This document shows, piece by piece, positions 9,331 through 19,155 of a stretch of 51,012 bases of DNA. A program made the position numbers and the translations under genes. The stretch lies in NCBI GenBank assembly GCA_964519405.1, contig CAZFLA010000008.1, positions 11,153-62,164 on the forward strand, written 5' to 3'. The notes under the pieces were generated by a model. It did not search any database. It was not told where the DNA came from and saw nothing but the letters and a program-made list of their open reading frames with translations. Source of the DNA: an uncultured bacterium. GTDB taxonomy: Bacteria; Armatimonadota; HRBIN16. The first letter of the stretch is position 1; the number at the start of each line of letters is the position of its first letter.

Positions 9331-12066
9331 ATGGCCAATTCGCAGCTCCCGCTCCTACTACTCGTCGACGGTTACAGCCTGTTGTTTCGCGCGTTTTATG
9401 CATCGCGATATCTATCTACATCGCAAGGTGTGCCCACTAACGCGGTATACGGCTTCGCAAACACGTTGATATCCCTGCTGGAGCGGTTCCATCCCGAATC
9501 GGCGATTGTCGCCTTCGATCTGCCCGAACCCACGTTTAGGCATATAGAGTATCCCGATTATAAGGGCCATCGTCCTCCTGCCCCCGAGGAGCTGATTGCG
9601 CAGATACCATACGCGCTGCGGTTGGTTGAAGGGTTAGGCTTTGGCCAGGTCTCAAAGGCTGGTTTTGAGGCAGACGACATCATAGGAACATACAGCCATA
9701 TCGCAACAGAGCAAGGGTATCGTGTGGTGATATTAACAGGCGATGGCGACAGCTTTCAATTGGTGAATGACAATGTGAGCGTGGTGATGCCCCAAAAGGG
9801 GTTTCAAGAGACAACAATATACGATGCCGACCAAGTGAAGGCAAAAACCGGAGTGTGGCCCTGCCAAATCCCAGACATGAAAGCGATGAAAGGGGATGCT
9901 AGCGATAACATCCCAGGTGTTCCCGGCATTGGTGAAAAGACCGCTGCTGCATTATTGGCGAAATGGCCTACCTTGGAAGGTATCTATCAAGCTATCGATG
10001 AGGTCACTCCCGAACGAATTAAGAAGCTGCTGGTTGAGCATCGCGCTTTAGCTGAGCTGAGTAAACGGCTGGGCACCATCGTGTGCGATGTAGACGTGGA
10101 ACCTGTATTGCCTCAGCGTGCAATAGGCGCAGACGCAAGGGATAAACTGCTGGCGCTGATGAATGAGCTGGAGTTTCGGTCTATAGCCAGAAAGATTGAT
10201 ACCCTGATCAATATGCCTCACCAGTTTTCGCCAGGTGCTGACCAACCCGCAACTATTGCCGTTGAGTCCACCCAGCAGCTGCCTCAACCGGTTGAGCTTG
10301 AAATGCCTGTAGTGATAACCAGCATGAAAATTGCTTCGCATCCTATAACATCGGCTGATGAGTTTCAGAAATTGATGGACCGGATGCAGACAGCAGAGCA
10401 GGTGGGCTGTGCCGTGCAGTGGCGAAACACGCATATTCTGGACATCGTTCCTGAACGGTTGGCTATCAGTTTTGGTGAAGGGGAAAGCTGGATAGTTCCG
10501 TTGGACGCCGGCGGAGGCCTGTTCGCGGAGCCGTCTCCATACCTTTCAATTATAGATGCCTTAGCAAAACGGCCTCAGGTGTGCATGGCTGGCAGCAAAA
10601 CTCTGGCTGCTTATCTGCAGAGGGAGCAGAAGAAGCTGCCTGTGTGTCATGACCCCTTGCTTGCGAACTACGTGCTGGATAGCTCGCGCGGCGGTAACAC
10701 GATACATCAAGTTGCGGAGAACTGGCTGCATGTTGAGATGCCGGCTAATACCGACCCCGCGTGTATTGCTGCGGAAGCTGATGCCGCAATACGGCTGATG
10801 CCTGTGTTGCTGGAAGCCATGGACCAACAGTCGGTGCGCAATGTGTATGAGCAGATTGATCTGCCGTTAGTGCCGGTGTTGGCTGAGATGGAGTTGACCG
10901 GCATTGCTGCCGATAAAGATTACCTCTTTAAACTATCAGATGAGTTTCAGACTCAGATATCTCGTTACGAGAAAGAGATATATCTCCTAGCTGGCCAGGA
11001 GTTTAACATCGCATCGCCCAAGCAGTTGGGAGCTATACTCTTCGATGCCGAAAAGTTGAACCTGCCAAGCGGCCGCAAGACATCGAAAGGGGCTTGGTCC
11101 ACCGATGCCGATGTTCTGGAAGCGCTAGCTGAAGAACACCCCATCGCAAGGCTGCTCATTGAGTATCGCGAGATATCCAAACTTCGCAGCACCTATGCAG
11201 ATACCTTGCCGCGGTTGCTGCATCCCGCCGACGGGCGCATTCACAGCAAATTCAACCAGATGGTCACCGCAACAGGGCGGTTATCGAGCAGTGATCCCAA
11301 CCTGCAGAACATCCCTGTGCGCAGCGAACTGGGCATGAAGATCCGCCATGGTTTCGTGGCGGGACCAGGCTGTCAGTTGGTATCTGCAGACTATTCCCAA
11401 ATCGAGCTGCGATTGCTGGCCCATGTGTGCGGTGATGAACGGTTGATTGATGCATTTGAACACGGGCAGGATGTGCATAGGGCCACAGCCTCCATATTGT
11501 TTGACTGTGCCGTAGACGAAGTTACCAGCGCTCAGCGCCGCCGCGCAAAAACGGTAAATTTCGGGGTACTATACGGACAGAGCGGTTTTGGCTTAAGTAA
11601 TGCACTAGGGGTTTCACGATCGGAAGCCAGCAGCTTTATTACCGATTATTTCGAACGACTGCCTCGCGTTAAGGAATATGTAGAACAGACGAAGGCATTT
11701 GCTCGTCAAAACGGGTATGTGCAGACGATATTTGGTCGAAAGCGCATGATGCCGGACATTCGGCACAGCAACAGAACTGTTCGCGCAGCCGCGGAGCGTG
11801 CTGCTGTGAATAGCCCTTTACAAGGAGCTGCCGCCGACCTCATTAAGTTGGCGATGATTAAGATAGCTCCCGAACTGCATAAACGGGGTTACAAACTCTG
11901 CCTGCAGGTGCACGACGACCTGATGCTGGAAGTACCTCAGGATGAGGTGCTCAATGCAGCCCAATTGCTGAAAGACGCCATGATCAACGTAACATCGCTG
12001 CGAGTGCCTCTAGATGTTGACGTGAAGGCTGGTGGTACATGGAGTTCCATGGAACGACACCTATAA
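9331..12066 (+). CDS. polA: DNA polymerase I
   Basis: 911 aa. 5'-nuclease N-terminus (LLLVDGYSLLFRAFYA), polymerase motif A DYSQIELRLLAH, and motif C QVHDDLMLEV. Confidence 0.95.
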   Translation: MANSQLPLLLLVDGYSLLFRAFYASRYLSTSQGVPTNAVYGFANTLISLLERFHPESAIVAFDLPEPTFRHIEYPDYKGHRPPAPEELIAQIPYALRLVEGLGFGQVSKAGFEADDIIGTYSHIATEQGYRVVILTGDGDSFQLVNDNVSVVMPQKGFQETTIYDADQVKAKTGVWPCQIPDMKAMKGDASDNIPGVPGIGEKTAAALLAKWPTLEGIYQAIDEVTPERIKKLLVEHRALAELSKRLGTIVCDVDVEPVLPQRAIGADARDKLLALMNELEFRSIARKIDTLINMPHQFSPGADQPATIAVESTQQLPQPVELEMPVVITSMKIASHPITSADEFQKLMDRMQTAEQVGCAVQWRNTHILDIVPERLAISFGEGESWIVPLDAGGGLFAEPSPYLSIIDALAKRPQVCMAGSKTLAAYLQREQKKLPVCHDPLLANYVLDSSRGGNTIHQVAENWLHVEMPANTDPACIAAEADAAIRLMPVLLEAMDQQSVRNVYEQIDLPLVPVLAEMELTGIAADKDYLFKLSDEFQTQISRYEKEIYLLAGQEFNIASPKQLGAILFDAEKLNLPSGRKTSKGAWSTDADVLEALAEEHPIARLLIEYREISKLRSTYADTLPRLLHPADGRIHSKFNQMVTATGRLSSSDPNLQNIPVRSELGMKIRHGFVAGPGCQLVSADYSQIELRLLAHVCGDERLIDAFEHGQDVHRATASILFDCAVDEVTSAQRRRAKTVNFGVLYGQSGFGLSNALGVSRSEASSFITDYFERLPRVKEYVEQTKAFARQNGYVQTIFGRKRMMPDIRHSNRTVRAAAERAAVNSPLQGAAADLIKLAMIKIAPELHKRGYKLCLQVHDDLMLEVPQDEVLNAAQLLKDAMINVTSLRVPLDVDVKAGGTWSSMERHL

Positions 12067-12262
12067 ATGACATCGACATGAAGTTAAATTGAGTTTCGTC
12101 GCGCAATTCGTGCAATATTTTGTTATTATGAGGCAGGAATGCGCCTTATCTCGGCATAATATATTAAGAGGCGTACAATTATTACCGGACGCCCAATCAA
12201 CTTGGCTAGTTGGGCGTAGCAACCGCAGATAGCCATGTCAACCTAGGAGAGTTCAAACGACC

Positions 12263-13567
12263 ATGTTGGACGACAACAACGTTCAGTCTACTCAAGGCGA
12301 TAATGCATCGCAGATGAGTGACGCCGACCTTTTTGCTCAAGCGATGGAGCAACCCGCTGATGGGCTGAGCCGTAGCGTGCGCCCTGGCCAAATCGTTCGC
12401 GGTACCGTAGTTAAGGTAGATCGCGATGGTGTTTTGGTAGATATCGGGTACAAGTCCGAAGGCTTTATTTGCCCAGATGAGCTAAGCCTGACTAATGAAA
12501 ATCCCGAAGATGTCGTGAAAGAAGGTCAAGTGATTGACTGTTGCGTATTACGCATGCACGGCGAAGAGGGACAGATACTGCTGTCTAAGCGAAAAGCTGA
12601 TTTTGACGTAGCTTGGAAGCGACTAGACGAACTTCAGCAGGCTAACTCCACGATTCAAGGTGAAGTTAAGCAGCATGTTAAAGGCGGACTGATCGTTGAA
12701 GTAGAGGGTGTACGCGGATTCGTACCTGCTTCCCAAGTAGGCACTGCTCGCGGACGCGTGTCAGACGCAGCCCTCGATAATATGGTCGGTAAAATAGTTC
12801 CGCTTAAGGTTCTTGAAATAGACCGTATGAAGCGCAAAGCCGTCTTTAGCAATCGACAAGCTGAAGAAGAGCAGCGTGAAGCTCGCCGCAAAGAAGTGAT
12901 GGGGCACATCGCCGAAGGTGTAGAACTTGATGGTGTGGTTCGCCGCATCGTTGATTTCGGTGCATTCATCGACCTCGGTGGTGTAGACGGTCTTCTTCAC
13001 AAAAGCGAGATTAGCTGGAAGCGCGTTAATCATCCTGGTGAAGTGCTGAAAGAGGGCGATACCGTGCGCGTGAAAGTATTGCGCATGACTAACGACTCCA
13101 ACCGCATTTCTCTTGGTATGAAACAGCTAATGAGCGATCCTTGGAAGGATGCAGAACACGCATATTATGTAGGTCAGAAAATTCATGGTCACGTGGTGCG
13201 TTTCGCTCCATTCGGTGTGATCGTAGAGCTGGAAGGCGAGATCGAAGCTACTATTCACACCTCGGAACTTGCTGACAAGAAAGTGAAGCATCCGAGTGAA
13301 GTGGTGACCATTGGCGACGACATCGAAGCCATTGTTACCAACGTGAATGCTAATGACCGCCGCATGAACCTAAGTCTGCGTCAGTTGAAGAAGCAGATTG
13401 AAGAGAAACAAGAGCATGAAGCTGTTGTTGCTTACTCAAACAAAGTCGGTGAGGCTGGCGCTTCAACGATCGGCGAGCGATTAGCTCAGCTTCGAAGCGA
13501 AGCAGAAGCGGCAGAGGCGGCAGAAGCTGCTGAAGAAGCATCCGCTGAAGAGACGAAAGAGGCCTAG
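12263..13567 (+). CDS. rpsA: 30S ribosomal protein S1 (four S1 domains, acidic Ala/Glu tail)
   Basis: Repeated S1 OB-fold blocks (G-x-V-x-x-V...GVLVDIG, GGLIVEVEGVRGFVPASQ, FGAFIDLGGVDGLLHKSE, FGVIVELEGEIEATIHTSE). C-terminal tail AEAAEAAEAAEEA. Confidence 0.88.
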   Translation: MLDDNNVQSTQGDNASQMSDADLFAQAMEQPADGLSRSVRPGQIVRGTVVKVDRDGVLVDIGYKSEGFICPDELSLTNENPEDVVKEGQVIDCCVLRMHGEEGQILLSKRKADFDVAWKRLDELQQANSTIQGEVKQHVKGGLIVEVEGVRGFVPASQVGTARGRVSDAALDNMVGKIVPLKVLEIDRMKRKAVFSNRQAEEEQREARRKEVMGHIAEGVELDGVVRRIVDFGAFIDLGGVDGLLHKSEISWKRVNHPGEVLKEGDTVRVKVLRMTNDSNRISLGMKQLMSDPWKDAEHAYYVGQKIHGHVVRFAPFGVIVELEGEIEATIHTSELADKKVKHPSEVVTIGDDIEAIVTNVNANDRRMNLSLRQLKKQIEEKQEHEAVVAYSNKVGEAGASTIGERLAQLRSEAEAAEAAEAAEEASAEETKEA

Positions 13568-13572
13568 CCTCT

Positions 13573-14190
13573 GTGGATGAGCATCTAGGGTACCTAAAGC
13601 AGGCCCTAGCGGTAACCGGTGGTATTGCAAGCGGCAAAAGCAGAGTAACTTGCTGTCTTGCTGAACTAGGTGCTCATTCAGTAAGTTTAGATGATGTATC
13701 TCGCGCCCTTAGTGAACCAGACGGGTTAATAACCAGAGCCGTAGCAGTTAATTTAGGGCGTGAGTTCTTGAATCCGCAAGGAAGGTTAGATCGGGCACGT
13801 TTAGCCAATTATGTATTTAATAGTGCCAGTAATCGAAAGCACCTAAACAGTATTACTCATCCGTTGATATTAGCGGAATGCAACCAACAGTTAGCCAAAG
13901 CTGCTGCAATGCAGCCCAAACCACTGGTAGTGGAAGTTCCATTACTGTTTGAGTGTGGTATGCATTATCTCTTTAAGGACACACTGCTAGTTTGGTGTAG
14001 CCCTGAAGTGCAGATAGAAAGACTGCTGCAAAGAGGCCTTTCTATTGATGAAGCGCAACTGAGGATTGATAGTCAGCTGCCAGTGCGTGTGAAACGACAT
14101 CTTGCGGATTTTGAAATAGAAAATAGTGCCGACTGGAACCTCACCGAGCGTACTTTGTTGACCATATGGAAACAGTGGACTTCACGATAA
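13573..14190 (+). CDS. coaE: Dephospho-CoA kinase
   Basis: P-loop VTGGIASGKS close to the N-terminus, 205 aa, GTG start. Confidence 0.85.
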   Translation: MDEHLGYLKQALAVTGGIASGKSRVTCCLAELGAHSVSLDDVSRALSEPDGLITRAVAVNLGREFLNPQGRLDRARLANYVFNSASNRKHLNSITHPLILAECNQQLAKAAAMQPKPLVVEVPLLFECGMHYLFKDTLLVWCSPEVQIERLLQRGLSIDEAQLRIDSQLPVRVKRHLADFEIENSADWNLTERTLLTIWKQWTSR

Positions 14191-14268
14191 CCTATGGCTA
14201 AGCTCGACGGTACCCTGTGACACAAGCTACCGGTCTAACAGATGACATCTAAGTGGAGGAACCGTTAA

Positions 14269-15951
14269 TTGAAACGCAATCGGGAAACCAACTCAAGCCG
14301 GGTTAAGGGCTGGTTGGCAGCACTGTGCGGCCTCGTGGTCAGTTTAGTTGCCGTGGGTGCTCATGCCCAGACCGAGCAGGCCCAAGTGGCTGTAACCGAG
14401 TTCACTGCCCGCACTAGCTCCCAGCAGACCCTTGTTGCCAGAGCTGCTACGGATGCTGTCGCCTTGGAACTCTCTCGAAACGGGTTCGTGGTGATGTCCC
14501 GCTCTTTAGTTCAGGCTGCACTGTCTGACCTGAGCCTTGACATTCCTTTAGATAAGGTGGGCATCTCTCAACTAGGCCAGAAGTTGGGTGCCACATCTAT
14601 CGTTCAAGGCACAGTTGTAAACTTGAAGCTAGAGGGATCACCCAAGAAAGCCAGCGTTAACCTCATTGTTCGCATGACTGATCCGCTGTCCGGTGTTGAT
14701 ATCAACGGCGCTTATGTAAGCGGAAGCAGCAATCAGCGCGTTGGATACGATGGTGATGATCAGCAGCTCATTCGTGAAGCTATTACTAATGCAGCATATG
14801 AAGCCGCAAGAACAATGGCCCAATACAACCTGCCTAACGCATATGTGTTAAACACCATCGGCGTAGACGAAGTACTTATTAATCAAGGTGCTCGAGGCGG
14901 CATGTCTGTTGGTATGGAGCTTCTAGTGCAGAGCCACGGGCAGAACATTGGCCGGCTTCGGGTTTCTCGCGTAAGCGATACCGATGCAATTGCTAAGATT
15001 CTTTCTTCTTCACGTGGTATCAAACCGGAAGATAAAGTTCGCGCCATTTTCTCCGTTCCAGAAGTTGCCACAGTTCGTGGGAACACAGTGATCAAGCCTG
15101 CTAAGATGGCCAAACCAAGTGTATGGACCAGTGTAGGTAAGGTTCTGCTAATTGGCGCTGTCATCTATGGTGCTTCACAGATCGCCAGTGGTGGTAACAC
15201 CGGTGTCACCAACGCTACCGCTAGAGCGTGTATTGCTCCTGCAGGTACACCAGCTGTTATTGTTAGCTGGAAACCAAGCATGTTTGCTCAGGGCAACAAT
15301 GATCGTATGCAGTATTACCTCATTCGCGACGATGTCGCTTATGAAGGCAACACCGATGCAAAAGAAGGTTGGATCGCAACAGGTATTAACACCGATACAT
15401 CTGGTAACAGCAATGTGACCTCATATATGGATACTACCGTGGTTGCTGGTGCCCGACATGCTTATCGTGTTGTTCTTGAGTATCGCTATGTTAGCCCTGC
15501 TGACAACACCACAACTGAAACACGCTTGAGTGACCCTGTTTGGACAAACACTGTAACTACAGTGGGTATTCCAAGCTGCTTATCACCTGCAGATGGTTCC
15601 GACAGTGAAGATATTTCAGCAATGAAGTTCACCATTGCCACCGCCGCAGGAGCTGATCAGTATCAGGTTCAGATTTCAACCGATCCATTATTCCCAGCTG
15701 CCAGCACATATAGTGCTGTTCTAGCAGCCGGTAAGACAACATCTGATGAACTCAACCTAACCTCCAGCAGTTTAGTCGGTTCCAAATTGGCTGCAGCGTT
15801 TAAAGCTGCTCAGTCACAGCGTCTGCCTATCTACTGGCGAGTCGGTGCCCGTCACATCGGTGATGTCAATCCTTCACCGGATGGATGGATCTATGGTGAT
15901 AGGTTCCAGTTTGTATCATCAGATACACCACCAAATCCACCAGCAGATTAA
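14269..15951 (+). CDS. Secreted or anchored envelope protein: signal peptide, TolB-N/LpoB/CsgG-like alpha/beta domain, hydrophobic helix, and FN3-like C-terminal region
   Basis: TTG start 8 nt after GTGGAGGA. Signal peptide ...VAVGAHA/QT. VAVTEF...TDAVALELSRNGFVVMSRS...LGQKLGATSIVQGTV follows the pattern of the LpoB/CsgG/TolB-N fold. Hydrophobic helix VGKVLLIGAVIYGASQIA. The function is unknown. Confidence 0.6.
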   Translation: MKRNRETNSSRVKGWLAALCGLVVSLVAVGAHAQTEQAQVAVTEFTARTSSQQTLVARAATDAVALELSRNGFVVMSRSLVQAALSDLSLDIPLDKVGISQLGQKLGATSIVQGTVVNLKLEGSPKKASVNLIVRMTDPLSGVDINGAYVSGSSNQRVGYDGDDQQLIREAITNAAYEAARTMAQYNLPNAYVLNTIGVDEVLINQGARGGMSVGMELLVQSHGQNIGRLRVSRVSDTDAIAKILSSSRGIKPEDKVRAIFSVPEVATVRGNTVIKPAKMAKPSVWTSVGKVLLIGAVIYGASQIASGGNTGVTNATARACIAPAGTPAVIVSWKPSMFAQGNNDRMQYYLIRDDVAYEGNTDAKEGWIATGINTDTSGNSNVTSYMDTTVVAGARHAYRVVLEYRYVSPADNTTTETRLSDPVWTNTVTTVGIPSCLSPADGSDSEDISAMKFTIATAAGADQYQVQISTDPLFPAASTYSAVLAAGKTTSDELNLTSSSLVGSKLAAAFKAAQSQRLPIYWRVGARHIGDVNPSPDGWIYGDRFQFVSSDTPPNPPAD

Positions 15952-16068
15952 CTTGGGTTTAGTGTAAAACAAATACGAGTAATATGGCCTGTCCTAAGAA
16001 AATGCGGGCAGGCCGGCTCCTTGTGACGAAGCCGGAATTCGTAGGTTAGATTACGCGGGAGGATACCT

Positions 16069-19000
16069 GTGATAAACATCATACGGCGGATAACTCAGTG
16101 GTTCGCTCCGTTTGCGTTGCTTTTAGCAGTTATTTGCGGCAATGCAGCTATGGCGGCTACTGACCACGCACCAAGTGAGGCCATTGTGTGGGCCAATGCT
16201 GGCGTAACGAGTCAGCAGATTTCCGATTTGGCAACCAACAACGGATACAAAGTAATTCCATTACTGATGGATGATGTATACCGTATCGTTAAACCGACCA
16301 CCACAAAGGGTCGAAGTGGTTCCGATTTGGTTGATGCATCTGGGGATATCATTTCCCTATATCAGAAATCCGGACTATGTAAATATGTAGGTCAGAACCG
16401 GCTTGCGAAACTGGCACAAGTAACACCTTCATCTACGCCCAATGACCCTAGGTATGCAGAGCAGTGGGGCTTGCCTCTTATGAAAGCTCCTGCAGCATGG
16501 GATGTAGAAAAAGGTAAGAGTGATGTTGTCGCAGTCGTGATTGACTCGGGATGTGTGTTAACCCACCCTGATCTGAACTCACCAAGATTGATGAAGTCAT
16601 TAAAGGATGCTAATGGCAATGATGTCATGCTTGATCCTGGTGATTTAGATAATGATCCGTCAGCTGTTTATTACGCTGATGACGCCGAAGGGGCATGGGA
16701 ACATGGTACTCATGTAATGGGTATTATCGGTGCTACTGCAAACAACGGTATCGGAGTCTCAGGAGTTGCACAGCAGAACGTAAATTTGCTGCCCATTAAG
16801 ATTGCGCGGTGGGATGCGACTAATAAGGTATGGACCTTACCAGAAGACGCTCAGATAAACTCGATAAAAGTTGCTATCAACGCGAAGCAATTTCTTCCCA
16901 AGCAACTTGGTGTGTCTGAAGTAAAGATGGTAGTAAACATGAGCTGGGGCGGAAATAGTTTATCCGACACTCCAGATCTTAATGATCCATTAAATGCATT
17001 GCTCCTTCAAGCCGCAAACAACTATAACATTTTGTTTGCAATTTCCGCCGGTAATGGTGCGACTGAAGGCAACTATCCTTTCTACCCTGCGAATATGGCA
17101 TCACAGAGTAAGAATATTTTCTGTATCGCTTCTGTAGGCCCAACAAGCAAGCGCGCGTATTACAGTACTTATCGTCCATATACAACAATCGCCGCGCCAG
17201 GCGGTGATATGAGCATGGGTAGTACAGCAGGGATTTTAAGCTGCGGCCCTAACAGATTAGGTGCTGGTGTTGATGACTACATTTATATGCAGGGAACATC
17301 GATGGCTAGCCCAATGGCTGCTGGTGCGATTTCCATCTTGTTATCTAAAGGCTTCCGCCCAGATACCATTAAGGACATCTTAACCAGAACAGCAAACGCA
17401 GCAACTTATACAGTTCCTAATGCTGAAGTCGGATATGGTATCATCGATCTTTATAAGGCTGTAACCTCTAAGACGGTTAGCATTACATTAAACAGCAGTA
17501 ACCTAAGCAAAACAGCCGGTGTATACACCTTTAGAACTAAGAGCAACACCTTCCAGTTCAATTCGTATAACACATCAGCTAAACTGATTACCGCCAAATT
17601 GGATGACGAAGTCGTTGATGCAGCTAACATCAGCTATACTTCGGTTGACGATAAGAACGGCGTAGTTGATATTACCGTTCCATCTGATACCGGTACCCAC
17701 ATTCTGAAAGTTACTGCGGCTAACAGAGATGATCATACTGAGACAATTTCTGAAACGGTAAACTTCAACGTATCTCCTTATGTTTATGACATAAGCAGCA
17801 CTCCCGCAAAGATGCGTTTAATATCTTTACCGATTTATCAGCATCAAGATGATTCAACAAACAGCGTACCTGCAGATCAAATTCTGAGTGCCGATGTAGA
17901 TGGCGGATCATCTGCAGCCTTTACTCTTCTGCGATGGCTTCCTAGTAATAATGATGGAGCATGGTCATCATGGTCCAGCACAGGAAGCAAAGACGCTTTG
18001 GCTTCATTTGAAAACAACGGTGTAGTCGCTGGTTATCCAGCTCTAACCGCTCAAGGTAAGTCGATGAGCCCAGTTGGCCTGGGATATTTCGTAAAGAGCA
18101 ATGTTAATCTGTATGCTGTTTCCACGGGAACAGTGACATCAGCGAGCCCATATGAAGTTCAACTGCAAAAGGGATGGAACCTAATAGGTAACCCATATAC
18201 CTTCGATGTAGCTTGGAATGGCTGCCAGATTAAAACAGATGACGGTAATACATACGGAGTTACTGCGGCTGCAACTGAGAACCTGATTCTTCCAAATGTA
18301 TACGGGTACGATAATGGTTCTTACTATTGGTTAACCGCACCGTTCGGTCTGCTTCGAGCTTGGGAAGGATACTGGATTAAGGCTCTTGAGCCTTGCAAAC
18401 TGGTATTCAATCCTGCATCAGGCGAAGCTGCAAAATCTAAGAGCAACACCGAAACATGGAATGTTAAATTCGGCCTAACGTTAGACGGACAGCCTGCAGG
18501 TAATGTAGTGATCGGCGGAGCAAATAACGCATCCGACGGCTACGATCTGCTAGATGTTATTGCTCCACCAGCAATCAACCCCAACATTAAGTTGATGGGT
18601 GTGGATAGTGCTCTTCTTAAAGACGTTAGAAGCAACAGCGGAAACCAGAAATGGTACATGACTGTTCCTAGCGATGGAACGAAAGCTACCATTTCATGGT
18701 CGGTTACAGGTTCAGTACCTTCAAGAAGCCGATTAATGATTACGGACCTTGCCAGTGGAAGTAAGTCAATCGTAAGCAAATCAGGTGACATTACTTGCAC
18801 ACCAGGCAGCAAGCTGCTTGTAGAACAGCTTGAAAATGGTACAGGTAATCTTCGCATCAGCAGCATGAGGGTACGCCCGTCACGAAGCGGTGCTGTAAGT
18901 GTTGATTACACTTTAAGTGCATCTGCCACAGTAAAGGCTACTGTATACGACGCATCAGGTAAATCCGTCGCTGACATTCCTGTAGGAACAAAGAGCAGCG

Positions 19001-19140
19001 GGCCAAGTTCGATGAGCTGGAATGGCAAAAACCGAGAAGGTGTGTCTTTACCAGCAGGTTTATATACCATGACTCTAGATGTAACAAACGAAGAAGGGAA
19101 CCGTGTGACGGCATCTCAGCCCGTGGTTCTCGTCAGGTAG
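16069..19140 (+). CDS. Secreted S8 subtilisin-family serine protease with shared C-terminal cassette (GWNLIGNPY module plus FlgD-Ig-like end domain)
   Basis: GTG start after GGGAGGA, with a signal peptide. Catalytic triad blocks VAVVIDSG (Asp), HGTHVMGIIGA (His) and GTSMASPMAAGA (Ser). The C-terminal 97 aa are paralogous to the ends of the next two genes. Confidence 0.9.
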   Translation: MINIIRRITQWFAPFALLLAVICGNAAMAATDHAPSEAIVWANAGVTSQQISDLATNNGYKVIPLLMDDVYRIVKPTTTKGRSGSDLVDASGDIISLYQKSGLCKYVGQNRLAKLAQVTPSSTPNDPRYAEQWGLPLMKAPAAWDVEKGKSDVVAVVIDSGCVLTHPDLNSPRLMKSLKDANGNDVMLDPGDLDNDPSAVYYADDAEGAWEHGTHVMGIIGATANNGIGVSGVAQQNVNLLPIKIARWDATNKVWTLPEDAQINSIKVAINAKQFLPKQLGVSEVKMVVNMSWGGNSLSDTPDLNDPLNALLLQAANNYNILFAISAGNGATEGNYPFYPANMASQSKNIFCIASVGPTSKRAYYSTYRPYTTIAAPGGDMSMGSTAGILSCGPNRLGAGVDDYIYMQGTSMASPMAAGAISILLSKGFRPDTIKDILTRTANAATYTVPNAEVGYGIIDLYKAVTSKTVSITLNSSNLSKTAGVYTFRTKSNTFQFNSYNTSAKLITAKLDDEVVDAANISYTSVDDKNGVVDITVPSDTGTHILKVTAANRDDHTETISETVNFNVSPYVYDISSTPAKMRLISLPIYQHQDDSTNSVPADQILSADVDGGSSAAFTLLRWLPSNNDGAWSSWSSTGSKDALASFENNGVVAGYPALTAQGKSMSPVGLGYFVKSNVNLYAVSTGTVTSASPYEVQLQKGWNLIGNPYTFDVAWNGCQIKTDDGNTYGVTAAATENLILPNVYGYDNGSYYWLTAPFGLLRAWEGYWIKALEPCKLVFNPASGEAAKSKSNTETWNVKFGLTLDGQPAGNVVIGGANNASDGYDLLDVIAPPAINPNIKLMGVDSALLKDVRSNSGNQKWYMTVPSDGTKATISWSVTGSVPSRSRLMITDLASGSKSIVSKSGDITCTPGSKLLVEQLENGTGNLRISSMRVRPSRSGAVSVDYTLSASATVKATVYDASGKSVADIPVGTKSSGPSSMSWNGKNREGVSLPAGLYTMTLDVTNEEGNRVTASQPVVLVR

Positions 19141-19155
19141 TGGAGGAATACAGGC